From assembly GCA_013239625.1 (NCBI GenBank), contig MU054187.1, positions 8,528,358 to 8,592,357 on the forward strand: a stretch of 64,000 nt of DNA, given 5' to 3'. Source of the DNA: Lama guanicoe (Eukaryota). Positions 49,197-62,990 of the stretch are shown one piece after another (position 1 is the first letter of the stretch; every line of letters begins with the position of its first letter). The notes beneath the pieces are model-generated. The model saw only the letters and a list, made by a program, of their open reading frames with translations, made no database searches and had not been told where the DNA came from. The position numbers were made by a program, and so were the translations under genes.

Positions 49197-51659
49197 GACA
49201 AAGTAGAGTGTGAAGAAAAAACAAAAAGCAACTTGTTTTTACTGGTAGTTTTGGATTCCAAGGGCAGTTTGGTCAGCCTATGGAGGCTGAAATCTAGATT
49301 CCCAAGCTTCCTCAGGACTTTAGACCACACTTTGATCTGAAGCAGAAGTAGAAATACTGGACATATGCAGCCCATGATTCTAGGCGTGGAGGGGGTGACA
49401 GTTGCAGAATTGTATTCCGGGATGGTTCTAGGATTGACGACCAACTGCAGGGATCTTGGACACACGATCCTAAGAGCAGGTGCACTGGGTATTTGAGGCA
49501 TCGTTGTACTAATGTCTTCTTCCTACCAGAGTCGTGAAGAATTAAACTGTTGTGGACCATTTCCTTATCAGCCACTTCCCTGAGGAACCCAAAGAATCAG
49601 ATGTTAGTAAAAGAGAAGAGACACAGAGCAAGGAGAATGAAACCCTGTGTCCTCATTTCAAGAGAAATGTGTAATGACTCATAAAAAGCTTGAATTCTAT
49701 GGAAATATCAGCTTTGGGAGGTGATCACTGACCCTGCAGCTTATCAGGTTGAAAATGATGAACTCCTTAGCCAAGGGAAGAAAAGCTACATCAGTTATTT
49801 ATTTCTCTTTAGATTTGATGAAATATTGTTTCTAGAGTGGTGGATAGCATGGCTGAGGGCAACAGTTTTAGGGAAAGAGCAACTTAGTATTTAATCTCCT
49901 CTTATTCATCATAAGTCCTTCATTGCTTTCTGAAATTGCCACCAAAACTTGGTCAGACTTCTGTATGGAAGAGATTGGAATTCTAGATCTTGCTTAGACA
50001 AAGCCATCGGTACTTTACGTGTGAGGCATCATAATATTTCATCCAGTAGAAATTTTTAAAGGGAGGGAGAACTCAATGGACTGAATCAACTGAGAAGAAT
50101 AAATACCGAAATTAACTCCTGGCACATCCTTTGTTCTGGGCCGTTATACGTTGTGTTACGGTTGCGCCTGTTGAATGGCTTCTGAAAGAATTTTGTGCAG
50201 AATGGCATTTTAGTCATCATTGTAATGTCAACAAACAAGGCAGATTAATGCCTCCAGTCCTGAGCTGTCTTGCACTCTGCTTATTAGAATTGTAGTCAGA
50301 TCTTCATTAGAATGAATGACATCTGATTCCATAAGGCAGTCACAACAGAGGCACCTTCTTGCTGTGGTGTCACCCTGCAGATGACAATGTAGGCCATTAT
50401 GAATGACACTCCACAATTCGTTACTTCCTGCCTCAAATTGTAGTTAATCTTTCATCCAAACTGTACACATGTGCAGCTTTAAGTGGCCTATCACAGCGAG
50501 GACCCCGTAATGCTGCAAGCACATGGAGACTGACAGAAGGTAAATTGCTTGTCAGGAGGTCTGTATTTCAATTCACAGCATATTCCAAACACGTCGTGGT
50601 GAAGGCACGCCACAACAGCTGCTTTCATTGCTAACTATTTTTGATGTAAATGTCAATAAAGCTCCAGGCCCTTTCATATTTTTGGCCAAGAATGTCCATC
50701 TTTTCCTATGCAGGCTGGCAGGTGGAGTTCCATTTATCTACTCTTAGGAACATGTCCTATAATAATCATGGCCTCTGGAGGCCGTTTAGAGTGATTGAGA
50801 GCAGTGATTGGGACAATAGGCTGCTGGATTTCATCGCCGGAGTGGGTTGACAGGTGACTGCTTTTATACCCTCTCATCTGGTGGGGAAGGAGATAAAACA
50901 CACACTTCCATCCAGTCCACAGGCAATCACCTCCAGGTTGAAGATCTACACCTATAGTTTATTCTAGTCACTGAAAAGAAAAAATTGAGAGCCATGGTGA
51001 TTAAACAATTACAAATTCCCCAGCAGAACTAGAGCTTTTAAAGAGACAGCAGCAGTATTTCTTTTCCGGAGGACTACAGATAGGAGAATTAAGTGAACAG
51101 TTTTGAATGGAGTATGTCTGCCTTTGAGGACCTTCCTCCTTTTCCTTGCAAATGTCCCTTTTGGGATGCCAGCTGTTCATGCTGTATAACAAACTCTCTT
51201 TTAACTAATGCTCTGAGGAAGATGACTGAAGCTTGACCTTTAGCAGCTGAAAGCTAGCAGATATATTAAAAATCAATTCAAGGACACTGCTTTTGAGCAC
51301 ATTTGCATTCAAATCTGTCCGTATGTTACAGCAGTGAATGTGGAGTGTAACATCATAGACTGAAACCTCATACTCTTTATTTTATCTCACTTATTGAGCA
51401 TCTGCTATAGGCAAAATACTATATTTTACACTGGGGTTAACGATACGAACTAGGATTGGACAAACACCCACCTAGAGGTAGTAAGAATAATAATCTGAAG
51501 GGAAAGTGCACTAAACTTGTATTTATTTTTTATAGTCTTCCTTTGATTTATAATTTTGTGTGTTATACATACTACATTTTTAGAGAATTGCAGATACAAC
51601 TTATAATAAGTGTTTGGATTACATGCTCTTTTTTTTTCTATTATATGAGTATGTAACTT

Positions 51660-52000
51660 AAAAGTTTTGATACAGTTGCTCTCAGACTGATCTGTTTTCA
51701 ATCCAGCCCCCACCACTTATTAGCCTACTAGCCTTGGGAAGCTTAAATAACCTTTACTTAATCTGTATTATCCTCAGTTTTTTTCATACATTAACTAACA
51801 ATCGCTAACACGTGTTGAGTGTTTACTATGCATCAAACACTTTATTTGCATTATTTGATTCAGTCCTTACAAAAGCCGTTGAAGTTGGGTGCTGTAATTA
51901 TCCCATCTTACTGAGGGTAACATAGCATGGCTAGTAATGGAGCCAGGACTGGAACATGTGAAGAGTGCTCATAGAGTCTATAATTTAAATTACTGTTCTA
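51660..52000. mobile_element. Two adjacent MIRs (+ strand 51660-51800, - strand 51800-52000)
   Basis: ccacttattagc...ccttggga...cctcagtttttttcat, followed by ttgagtgtttactatgc...ttatcccatcttactgagg...ggagccaggactggaac. Confidence 0.8.
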
Positions 52001-52359
52001 AATTATCTTTAGTGTGGTAATAATAATACTTCATAACATTACTGTATGCCTGACATTTAGAAATGCTGGATAAAAATTTCTTCTCTTCTCCCCAGAATTG
52101 AATCAGTAACCTGAGAAGTGTCCAAAAAGCTACTGAAAATGAGAGAGGGTAGCAACTGATTACCCTCTATGACATCGAGGTGCTTTTCATAGTTGGGCTT
52201 GAAAATGAGTAAGAGTTAGGTACAGTAGGAAAGTTGCAAGCCAAGAAGACAGAAATAGAGAGAGAAAAACAAAACCATGACTGGGCTGCTCCGGGTCTGG
52301 TGAGCCATCTCAGGTCAAGGCAAAGGGGGCATCTTGCTGCCTGGTGGAACCTGGGACTG

Positions 52360-52520
52360 AGATTTGAAAACAGAAAACAGGCTTAATTCTCTCTGCAACT
52401 TACTAGCCATGTGATTTATTTGATACCCACTTTTCTTGAGAAATGAAAATTATCTCATAGAGTATGAGGAGGATTCAGTGGGATGATATATGGGAAAAAA
52501 TTTAACCTAGTGCTATGCAG
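52360..52520 (+). mobile_element. MIR fragment
   Basis: caacttactagccatgtgat...aaatgaaaattatctcatagagtatgaggaggattcagtgggatgat. Confidence 0.75.
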
Positions 52521-52639
52521 ATGCACCTTATCTGTCTGATCAGCTATAGGCTTCTGAAGGTCTCATTCAAGTAGGTCTTAGTGTTACATCACCTTAGTGG
52601 CCAGTACAGTGTTGTACATCCAGAAAGTACTGACTTAAT

Positions 52640-53435
52640 ACGTTATTTGGATATTTTGGAAACCAGGCCTTTATTAGATATGTTTTTTGCAAATATTTTC
52701 TTCGAGTCTGTGGCCTGTCTTCTTAATCTCTTGACAGTGCATTTCACAAAGCAGAAAGCTTTTTAATTTTAATGAAGTCCAACTTACTGATTATTTCTTT
52801 CATGGATCATGCCTTTAGTGTTTTATCTAAAATGCCATCATCACACCCAGGGTCCTTTAGACTTTTTCCTATGCTATCTCCTAGGAGTTTTATACTTTTT
52901 ATTTTCCATTTAGGTATATAATTCATTTTGAGCTAATTTTTGTGAAAGGAGTAAAGTCTGTCTAGATTTATGTTTTTGCTTGTAGATATCCAATTGTTAC
53001 AACACCATTTGTTGAAAAGATCATCTTTTCTCCATTACATTGCCTTTGGTCCTTTGTTAAAGGCCAGATGACTATATTTGTGTAGATCTATTTCTGAATT
53101 CTCTTTTCTGTTCCACTGATCTATTCATCTGTTGGTTTTTTTTTTCACTAATGCCACACTGTATTGACTACTATAGCTTTACAGGAAATCTTAAAGTTGG
53201 ATAATGTCAGTCCTCCAACTTCTGCTTCTCCTTCAATATTGTGTTGTCTTTTGCTTCACTATATAGACTTTAGCATCAGTTTGTCCACATCCACAATATA
53301 ACTTATTGAAATTGTGTTGAACTGAAGATCAAATTGGGAATAACTAATATTTTGACAGTATTGAGTCTTCCTATCCATAAACATGGAATATTTCTTCATT
53401 TATTTAGTTCTTTGATTTCTTTCATCAGTTTTTTA
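52640..53435 (-). mobile_element. L1 ORF2 fragment (L1M-type)
   Basis: ttttaattttaatgaagtccaactta, gatatccaattgttacaacaccatttgttgaaaaga and ttgagtcttcctatccataaacatgga. Confidence 0.92.
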
Positions 53436-53524
53436 CCCAGTAAAGAGTAGAGATTACATCATTTTGTGCTGCAAGAGTATGGGAAGAGATGATGGCTCAA
53501 GCACCACAAACTCTCAATGATCTT

Positions 53525-54036
53525 TTTTTTTTTTTACTTTTTTTATTGAGTAATAGTTAATTTACAATGTTCTGTCAAATTCTAGTGTAGAGCACATTTT
53601 TTCAGTCATACATGAACATGTATATATTCATTGTCACATTTTTTTTTTTTGCTGTGAGCTACCGCAAGATCTTATATATTTTTCCCTGTGTTATACAGTA
53701 TAATCTTGTTTATCTATTCTGCATTTTAAAACCCCAGTCTGTCCCTTTCCACCCCCTGCCCTCTTGGCAACCACAAGTTTGTATTCTATGTCTATGAGTC
53801 TGTTTCTTATATTTATGTTTTGTTCGTGGTTTTTTTGTTTGTTTGTTTGTTTGTTTTTTAGATTCCTCATATAAGCAATCTCATATGGTGTTCTTCTTTC
53901 TCTTTCTGGCTTACTTCACTTTGAATGACATTCTCCAGGAACATCCATGTTGCTGCAAATGGCGTTATGTTGTTGGTTTTTGTGGCTGAATAGTATTCCA
54001 TCATATAAATATACCACATCTTCTTTATCCAGTCAT
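53525..54036 (-). mobile_element. Younger 5'-truncated L1 3' end with 17-bp TSD
   Basis: Poly-T tail followed by antisense 3'UTR. TSD aaactctcaatgatctt (53508-53524) and aaactctcactgatctt (54037-54053), one mismatch. Confidence 0.94.
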
Positions 54037-54077
54037 AAACTCTCACTGATCTTATTGAGACTTAGTACTTTTTGAAA

Positions 54078-57000
54078 TGAGCAGAGAAGAACTACAAAAA
54101 TAACCAGTAAACAATGAACAAAATGGCAATAAGTACATACCTAGTGATAATTACTTTAAATGTAAAGGGACTAAATTCTGCAGACAAAGTACATAGAGTG
54201 GCTGAATGGATAAAAGAAAAAAAAAAAACAAGACCCATCTAAATGCTTCCTAAAAGGGACTCACTTTAGATACAAAGACACAGATAGTCTGAAAGTGAAG
54301 GAGTAGAAAAAGATATTCTATGCAAATGGGAATCAAAAGGAAGCTGGAGTAGTTATGCTTAGACAAAATAAACTAAACACAGATTATAATAAGAGACAAA
54401 GATGGGTGTTATGTAATGATAAAGGGGTCAATCCAACAAGAAAATATACCATTTATAAATATTATGTGCACAACATTGGAGCACCTAAATATATAAGGAA
54501 AATAGTAATAGACCTAAAGGAAAAAGTAGATGGCAGTACAATAATAACAGTAGGGGATTTTAATACCTCACTGACATCAATGAACAGGCCATCTAGACAG
54601 AAAATCAATAAGTAAACATAAACTTTAAACAAGTTGGAGCAGATGGACTCAACAGAGATATATATATACTGAACAGTGCATCAAAAAGCAAGAGAATATG
54701 CCAATGAGTCAAAGAAATCAAAACACACCTTGAGATAAATGAGAATAGAAACAACATACCAAAATTGGTGGAATGTAGCAACAGCAGTTCTGAGATGGGT
54801 GTTCATAGTGATAAATGCCTACCTCAGAAGAAAAGAAAGTCTTAAATAAACAATCTAACTTTGCACCTCAAGAAACTACAAAAAGAACAACAACACAACA
54901 AAAAGTCCAAAAATAGCAGAAGGATGGAAATCACAAAGATTAGAGAAGAGGTAAATAAAATGGAAACTAAAGAGACAACAGAGAAGATCAGTGGAACTAA
55001 GAGCTGGTTCTTTGAATAGATAAACAAAATTGACAAGCCTTTAGCTAGACTCACAAAGGAAAAAATGGAGAGAATTCAAATAATCAGAAATGAAAGAATA
55101 GATGTTACAATTCATATCACAGAAATACAAAGGATCATAAGAGACTTCTACAAACAATTGTAGGCCAACAAATTGGACAACCTAGAACATGGATAAATTC
55201 CTAAAAACATACAGTCTACCAAGACTGAATCATAAAGAAACAGAAAATCTAAATAGACTGCTTACTAATAAGAAGATAGAAACAGTAATCAAAAACCTCC
55301 CAGCTAACAAAAGCCCCGGACCAGATGGCTTCACTGGCAAATTCTACAAAACATTCAAAAAAGATTTAACACCAATCTTTCTCAAACTATTCCAAACATC
55401 AGAGGAGGAAACACTTCCAAACTCATTTATGAGGTTAGCATAACCCGATACCAAAACCAGGCAAAGTTGCCACTAGAAAAGAAAATTACAAGGCAATATC
55501 CCTGATGAATATGGATGCAAAAGTCCTCAACAAAATATTAGCAAACCAAATTCAACAATGCATTGAAAAAATCATACACCAGGATCAAGTGGAATTTATT
55601 CCAGAGATGCAAGGATGGTTCAACATTCACAAATCAATCAATGTGATACAGCATGTTAACAAAATGAAGACTGGAAATTATCTCAATAGATGCAGAAAAA
55701 GCATTTAATGAAATTCAATGGCCCTTCATGATTAAAAACTCTCAGCAAAGTGGGTATAAAGAAAATGTACCTCAGCATAATAAAGGCATGTATGACAAGC
55801 CCACAGTGAACATCACACTCAGTACTGAAAACCAGAAAGCTTTTCCGCTGAGATCAGGAATAAGACAAGGATGCCCACTCATGCCACTTTTATTCAACAC
55901 AGTATTGGAAGTCCTAGCCAAACCAATTGGGAAAGAAAAGGAAACAGAAGGCCTTCAAATTGGAAAGGAAGAAGTAAAACAGTCAATATTTGGCAAATGA
56001 CATAATATTGTATATAGAAACCCTAAAAATTCCATCAAAAATGTTAGAATTAATAAAAGGAATTCAGTAAATTTGCAAGATACAAAATCATATACAAAAA
56101 TCTGTTGCATTTCTATACATTGATAACAGACTATTAAAAAAAAGAAATTAAGAAAACAATCCCATTTATAATTGAACCAAAAATAATAAAATACCTAGGA
56201 ATCAATTTAATCAAACAGGTGAAATAAATGAAAGAAATTGAAAAAGACAGAATAACTGGAGAGATATACGGTGCTCATGGATTGGAAGAATTAATATTGT
56301 TAAAATGCCCATACTACCCAAGGCAGTCTACAAATTCAGTGCAATCTCTATCAAAATTCCAGTGGCATTTTTCACAGAAACAGAACAAACAATCCTAAAG
56401 TTTGTCCAGAACCACAAAAGACCCTGAATAGCTAATGCAATCTTGAGAAAGAAAAATAAAAAGCTGGAGGCATTGTGCTCCCTGATTTCAAAGTATTTTA
56501 CAAAGTTATAGTAATTAAAGCAATATGGTATTGGCATAAAAACTAACACGTAAGTCAATGGAACAGAATAGAAAGCCAAGAATAAAACGACGCATGTATA
56601 TTCAATTAATTTTTGACAAAGGATTCAAAAATATACAATGGGGAAAGGGCAGTCTTTGCAATAAATGGTGTTGGGAAAATTGAACAGCCACATCAAAAGG
56701 ATGAAACTAGACCACTATTTTACACCATTCACAAAAATTAAGTCAAAATGGAGTAAAGACTTAAATGTAAGACCTGAAACCATAAGACTCCTAGAAGAAA
56801 ATATGGGTGTTTGGCTTCTTGACATACGTCTTGGTGATGATTTTTTGAATCTGGTACCAAAAGCAAATACAAATGAATGGAGCTACATCAAACTAAATAC
56901 CTCTGCACAACAAGTGAAACCATAAACAAAAAGAAAAGGTAACCTACTGAATGGATAAAATACTTGCAAGCCATATACCTGATAAGGGGCTAATATCCAA

Positions 57001-57785
57001 AATATGTAAAGAACTCATGCAACTCAATAACAAAACACCAAACAATCCTATTAAAATATGGGCAGAAGATCCTCGGAGACATTTTTCTAAAGAAGACATA
57101 CAGATGGCCAACATGAAAAGATGCTCAACATCATTAATTATCAGGGAAATGAGATTGCACCTCACATCTGTTAGAATGGCTATTATTAAAAAGATAGGAG
57201 ATAACAAGTATTGATGAGGATGTGGAGAAAAGGGAACCCTTGTGCAATGTTGGTGGGAATGTGACTTGGTGCAGCCATTATAGAAAACAGTGTGGAGTTT
57301 CCTCAAAAAATTAAAATAGAACTACTATATGATACAACAATTTCACCTTTGGGTATTTACCTGAAGAAAATGAAAACACTAACCCAAAAAGATATTTGCA
57401 CCCCTAGGTTAACTGCAGCATTATTTACAATAGCCAAAATATAGAAGCAGCTTAAGCATTCATCGATGGATGAATGGATGAAGACCATGTGATATATAGA
57501 CACAATGGAATACTACTCAGCCATAAAGAAGAAGGAAATCTTGGCATTTGTGACAACATGGATAGACCTCAAGGACATTTTGCTAAGTGGAATAAGTCAG
57601 ACAGAGAAAGACAAATGCCATATGATCTCTCTTATATATGGAATCTGAAAACAAACAAATAGTAAGACAAAGAACTAAGCTTACAGATACAGAGAACAGA
57701 TTGGTGGTTGCCAGAGACAGAGGGTGGGGGATAGAGGGTGGAGGGTGGGAGAAATGAGTGAAGGGTGTCAAAAGGTAAAAAGAAA
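54078..57785 (+). mobile_element. L1 ORF2, nearly whole and pseudogenised, with partial 3'UTR
   Basis: ORF2 ATG at 54123 (endonuclease; VGDFNTSLTSMNR), Z/RT remnants MDKFLKTYSLPRLN...KSPGPDGFTGKFY and LRSGIRQGCPLMPLLFNTVLEVLA, and the C-terminal region. Many stops and frameshifts plus a deletion near 54700. Confidence 0.97.
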
Positions 57786-58119
57786 ATAATGCAGTTGATG
57801 TAAAACAGATATAGAAATTTTGAATCATATTCAAAACATTGACTCTATTTTTCTTTTAAATATGGAAGGTGACATAATAATTTTTTTTTCTTTTTGACAT
57901 TTTTTTCTTTTGGCTCAGTCAGGCTCTTCATCTTCTTTCTAAAAACTTAAAGTAAAATCTTTCTGTACTATGCTTTCTTTACCTTGCTCCCAGCCAAGGA
58001 AAGCTATTTGTTGTTTTATTTCTTCTCTGACAATTATTCTGGCCTCTCAAAAGTACAAATCAAAAGAGAGGGGTAAGAAATTAGTCACTTAACATCTTTG
58101 GGTCTCAGTTTAACTATGA

Positions 58120-58330
58120 GACAACAAATGTTTATTAAGTGAGCACTGCGGGCAGAGCACCGTGGATCTGCTAGGGAAAACATCATTAACCCTTCTGGAG
58201 CTTACATTCTAGAGAAAGGGACGTTCAGTAAACAAATAAATCGAAAGATAATATGATTAAGATAGAGAATAAAAGGAGTAGTTTTTGTTGCCAGGAAAGG
58301 CTTCAATAAGATGACAGCTGAACAGGAAAG
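58120..58330 (-). mobile_element. LINE-2 3' fragment
   Basis: caacaaatgtttattaagtg...ccttctggagcttacattctag...ccaggaaaggcttc. Confidence 0.75.
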
Positions 58331-58759
58331 CACATAAGAAAAAAAAAATTCCAAACTTCTTTTTAAAACTTCTTTTATTTCAGCCAGATAATGTTGATTC
58401 CTTGTATTCTATTCAATAAATTGAGCATTCGTTTCCATTTGAGAGGTAGGAGCTGCAGTAACAAATTATAAAGCATTTGATGGCCAGATTCAGGTTAACA
58501 CAGGTGACTCAAGTAGCCCAATTAAACATATCCCTAAGAGGTAATTGGTTTCTAGCTTTTCCTGTTTACTGGAAACCAGGAGTGCATATTATTAATTATT
58601 CAGTTGTCCTATCCATTCAGATATGACAGTGTCTTCACAAAGATAGGATGTGGGAGATGCTTTCACAACGACTGGGGATTTAGTAACTTATAAATTAACT
58701 AAAATAGCATCACTTCTAGATTATCCCACTGCTTAAACTGAATTGAATATTGGACTAAC

Positions 58760-58900
58760 TGAATTGTTGGGAGATTAGTGGAGATAGTATCCGTTTTCCT
58801 CATGGCTCTTTTTGGTGCCTGGATGAGACTTTCTCTTGGACCAACAGACTCTAACACCTCTTCTGGAATTGATTCCAACCGATGATGAGCTACATCTGGC
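58760..58900 (-). CDS. Candidate internal exon (141 bp, phase 2-2), product unknown
   Basis: Acceptor ttttcatttcacag|G, donor ATTCA|gttagt, length divisible by 3, and only one open frame: PDVAHHRLESIPEEVLESVGPRESLIQAPKRAMRKTDTISTNLPTI. No family recognised. Confidence 0.35.
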
Positions 58901-60379
58901 CTGTGAAATGAAAATAGCAAAACCTTTGATTGAGTCCAAGTTAAGTGGATCTACATCATCTGCTCAGTCAACTTTTGCCAAGATGAATGATGCTGTGTCA
59001 GTGTTCCGTAATTTCAGAGGTGGATTTCCCCTTTTTAAAAACAAAGTGTTTTCTTCTATATAGTGTGAAAATGCAGTTTGGCTCCTCTAGATATTTGGAA
59101 ACAAAACCTCTAAAATAATCCTATTTGAGCCTTTTTCTTTCTCTTGGATCTCCGCCATCCTGGCCCTTATCAAGCTGCACAAGGGGGCACTGTAGCCGTG
59201 AAAGTTCTGGAGAAGTGATTCATTTCCTTGCTTCCTGGTATCAGAAAAGTCTATACAGGAGAAAGAATGTGAAGGGAAAGGAGAAAGCCAATAGTAACTT
59301 TCAGAGGCTATAAGTGTTTCCCAGTTGTTTTAACTCCTAGCTCAGACTCAAAAATATTTATTCCAGAAGGAACACAAATGGTGGCAATAAGCAGAGGAAG
59401 AAAGGCAAGAAACTTGAAGTTTATTCCACGAAACTATCCAGTTTCCCACATAAAAGAGCAATAAACATAGAAAGGGCAATGAGCTGAAAATGGATTATTT
59501 TCCAACCTTGGGAAATTACCCAGTTTTGGGACTAGTGGCTGTGGTGGAAGCTGCAGTTCAAATCACAAAGTCTAAAGCCCATTCTGGACCTAGATGATCT
59601 CCCTGGGGAGAGACGGAGGCTGGGAATTTGGATGCTGTGATTGTGAAAGCATCCTAGTAAGAGTGTTTGAGATGATGCAATAGGATGTGTTGTAATGTTG
59701 GGATTACCATTTCAACCCCTATTGCCCATAGGTCCTGCCAACCTAGGATACAAATGATGTTCTGTTTACATGAATTCCCAAGTCCTGTCTGCATGGTGAC
59801 CCAATCAGACTAACTTTAGACTTCCATCTCGGTAGATATTTTCTAGATTACTTAAGGGATTTAGGGCATAGTCACATTAACTTCTATTACCAAGGCATCA
59901 TCTAGGTTTTTACTTACTGGTTTTGTGTTCTTGCATAGTTCTTTAAGAGTCTTTAATGCCATTTTTCTCTTCTCTTCCTCCTCAATTAACTTCACCAATA
60001 GCCAGAATACAAGAGATTCTTCAGTTGTCTTGTAAAGACTGAACGATCACAGTAACCTTTAACTCTAAATGTCTTCTTCTGACACTTGCATTAATTTAAC
60101 TGAGTTCACTGTATCCATTTTTTAAGCCCCTCTCTGTACTGCAATAAATTATCTAACAACAAATAAGTAAAAACAAAGCTGAGAAGTCAATGGACTTTGC
60201 AGAAAGGAAACAAGTTAAAGAGCTGTGGCTGAGATTAATCAGGGATCAGAAAATTTAAAAATTAATTTAAAATATATAAGCTGTATGGATAGAAGCTATA
60301 ACATATTGCTAAATTCACATACAAATTGTGCAGATTTATTTTTTAAGTAATGATTAAGTTGAAGAAATGCAGAATCATC

Positions 60380-61000
60380 ACTAGGATCAATAAAATGCAG
60401 AAGTGCCAAGGTAGAAAGTAGACTGAGTAATAATAGGGAGGGGAACCTTGAAATACTTTCTCCGAACTCAGAGAAAAAAAAATTAAAAAAAATAAAATGA
60501 CAGGATAATTTTTTAGGATACAGCCTGGACATTCAATACACAAATAATGTTTCTGAAAAGGAAAAGATTAAATATCAGTAACTGTGGCCTCAGGAAGTTT
60601 CCTGAGCTAAAGGAAGACAAAAGTATGCACGTGGGAAGTCTGCATCAGGAAAACAGGTACATTTAATAAGAAGCGGCGTATACCAAAATATTTCCTACTG
60701 AAATTTTTGGACTTTAAGGAGAGTTGAAAATATTCTCTAAAGACTCGTGCAGTAAAAACAGCTTGTCTATAAAACCACTAAATCAAGTTAGCCTCAAACT
60801 TTACCCACAATGTATGAATAGGAAGAAAATCAACAGATACTTATAGTGTTGGTCGGGAAAAGCTAACTCTGTAAATTAAATGAACACAAATAACAGCAAA
60901 GACTTTATCAGGTATACATAAATTCAGAAAATAAACATCCATATATGCTTCTTAAAAGTGTTTTGTGAAGGTAAGCTCTAACTTACCCAAATATAAGTAA
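60380..61000 (+). mobile_element. Ancient L1/HAL1 ORF1-like remnant
   Basis: A-rich, with caggaagtttcctgagctaaagga, ctactgaaatttttggactttaagg and aatcaagttagcctcaaactt. Confidence 0.6.
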
Positions 61001-61716
61001 AAATTAAACAATAAAAATGGGGGAGTTGTGGCCAACAAAAAAGCCTCAGAACTGAATATAAAAAGTTAAACAGATTGTATAAATAGTTGTTGTAAATATA
61101 AGTTAAAGCTTCAAAAGATAAATATATATTTAAAAGATACAATATATGACATTTAAAAAAAATAATTCCTAGTTTTAAGAAGTCTCAGATGTTATCTACA
61201 AGAGGCTAGAAGTGTATAAAGGAATGGCAGGGTGAGCTGAAAGGGAGGCTGTTGTCTTTACACTGACTTTTTTTTTTTAAGTGTAAATGCATTTTTAAAT
61301 ATCAAAAGGTAATCTCAATTAATTCAAGACAAAATTTATTTCTTATACATCAGAAGAACAAAGTAAATAAAATAAACAAAATAAAAAATGTAAATAGGCT
61401 AAACTCTCTTATTAAAATGCGAAGTTTATAAACTGAGTGAAAATAAACTAGTGTTTAAAATACAAACTGCAAATTTAGACAATTCTTTTTGTGCTTCAAG
61501 TTCTCATATGTAGAAATGCTAATTAAGAAGTAAGTAAATCATAGGCTTAGTTTCTGGAGCATGGCCCATGCTCAATAAAGATTAGTTAGTATTTTTATAA
61601 ATGATTATATTTATTATATTTTTTTTACAAGAGAAGCACACAAAATGAGAGTAAAGCTATTTAAATTGTGTATTTTATGTATCAGGCAAATAAACATACA
61701 AGCAAGTAGGGGTGGC

Positions 61717-62600
61717 TGGGAAATGCAAATTAAAATAACAATGAGATACCACTAAACACCTTTTTGAATGGCCAAAAATCCAGAACATTGACAACACCAA
61801 ATGCTGGCGAGGATGTGGAGCAACAGGAATTCTCATACACTGCAGGTGGGAATGCAAAATGGTGCAGCAACTTTGAAACACAATTTGGTGGTTTCTTACA
61901 AAACTAAACAACACTTACCGTGTGATCCTTCAATGGTGCTCCTTGGTATTTACCCCAAAAGGTTGAAAACTTTATGTCCAAACCAAAAACCTGCACGAGG
62001 ACGCTTGTCATAGCTTAATTCGTAATTGTCAAAATCTGGAAAGAAACAAGATATTCTTCAGTGGGTGCGTGGATACATAAACTGCAGTGCATCCAGGCAC
62101 TGGAATAGTATTCAGCACTAAAAAGAAGTGAGCTGTGAAGCTATGAAAAGAAAAACGTGGAGGAACCTTAAATGCATGTTGCTAAGTGAAAGAAGCCAAA
62201 CCAAAAAGGCTACATACTGCATGGTTCCAGCTGTATGACATTATGGAAAAGGCAAAACTATGGAGACAGTGAAAAGATCAGTGGTTGCTAGAGGTAGGGA
62301 GATGAAAAAGCAGAGAATTTTTAGGGCATAGATACTCTGTACATTATAATGATGGGTATATGTCTTTATACAACTGTCCAAACCTGTAGAATATACGACA
62401 CTGAGAGTGAACCCCTATGTAAACCGTGAACTTGGGGCAATTATGAGTGTAGGTTTATTCTTGGTAAAAAGTGGACCATTCAGGAGAGTGATGTTGATAA
62501 TGTGGAAGGCTATGTGTGTGCAGGGCAGGGGGTATGTGGGAAATTTCTGTACCTCCCCTCAATTTTGTTATAAACCTAAAATTTCTCTAAAAATTAAATC
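61717..62600 (+). mobile_element. L1 (L1MC-type) 3' end
   Basis: gggaaatgcaaattaaaataacaatgagataccac...gctggcgaggatgtggagcaacaggaa...gagtgaacccctatgtaaac...gtacctcccctcaattttgttataaacctaaa. Confidence 0.93.
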
Positions 62601-62884
62601 ATAAACATAATTCGAGTTGTGTTAGAAATGTTTTAATTAGAGAAGCAGAATGGCCTGATGTAGTGGTTTTCAACTCTGCTCTTTGGAGCCTTCGGGGTTT
62701 TGCAGACCCACTCTGAGACAGTTGTGAATGTGAAAGACAAAGGATGTAGAAGGTAAAAGCATGGAGCCCAAGACCTTGTAGGTAAGCAGTCCATGCAAAC
62801 AGCAGCAATCCCAAAACAAAACAAAATGGAAAGCACCTCATTAACATAATTTCTGCAAAATCGTAGAAGTCAGTTAATTGAACT

Positions 62885-62990
62885 TTTGGAGAATCAGTTT
62901 TCTCATCTACAAAGTGGGCATATATAACCCTGGGTTATTTTGTAGATTTCCTTACATACTGAGTGTAAAATGCATGCTATAGTTAGCTGT
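62885..62990 (+). mobile_element. MIR fragment
   Basis: tcagttttctcatctacaaagtggg...gggttattttgtagatt. Confidence 0.65.

Noticed and set aside
48927..49340. Hydrophobic 137-aa ORF resembling a membrane protein
   Set aside because: It results from translating the (TTCC)n microsatellite (FLPS repeats). The same applies to the ORFs at 2508-2751.
54123..57500. Possible active reverse transcriptase/endonuclease gene
   Set aside because: L1 ORF2 broken into many short frames by stops, frameshifts and a deletion. The FADD region is frameshifted.
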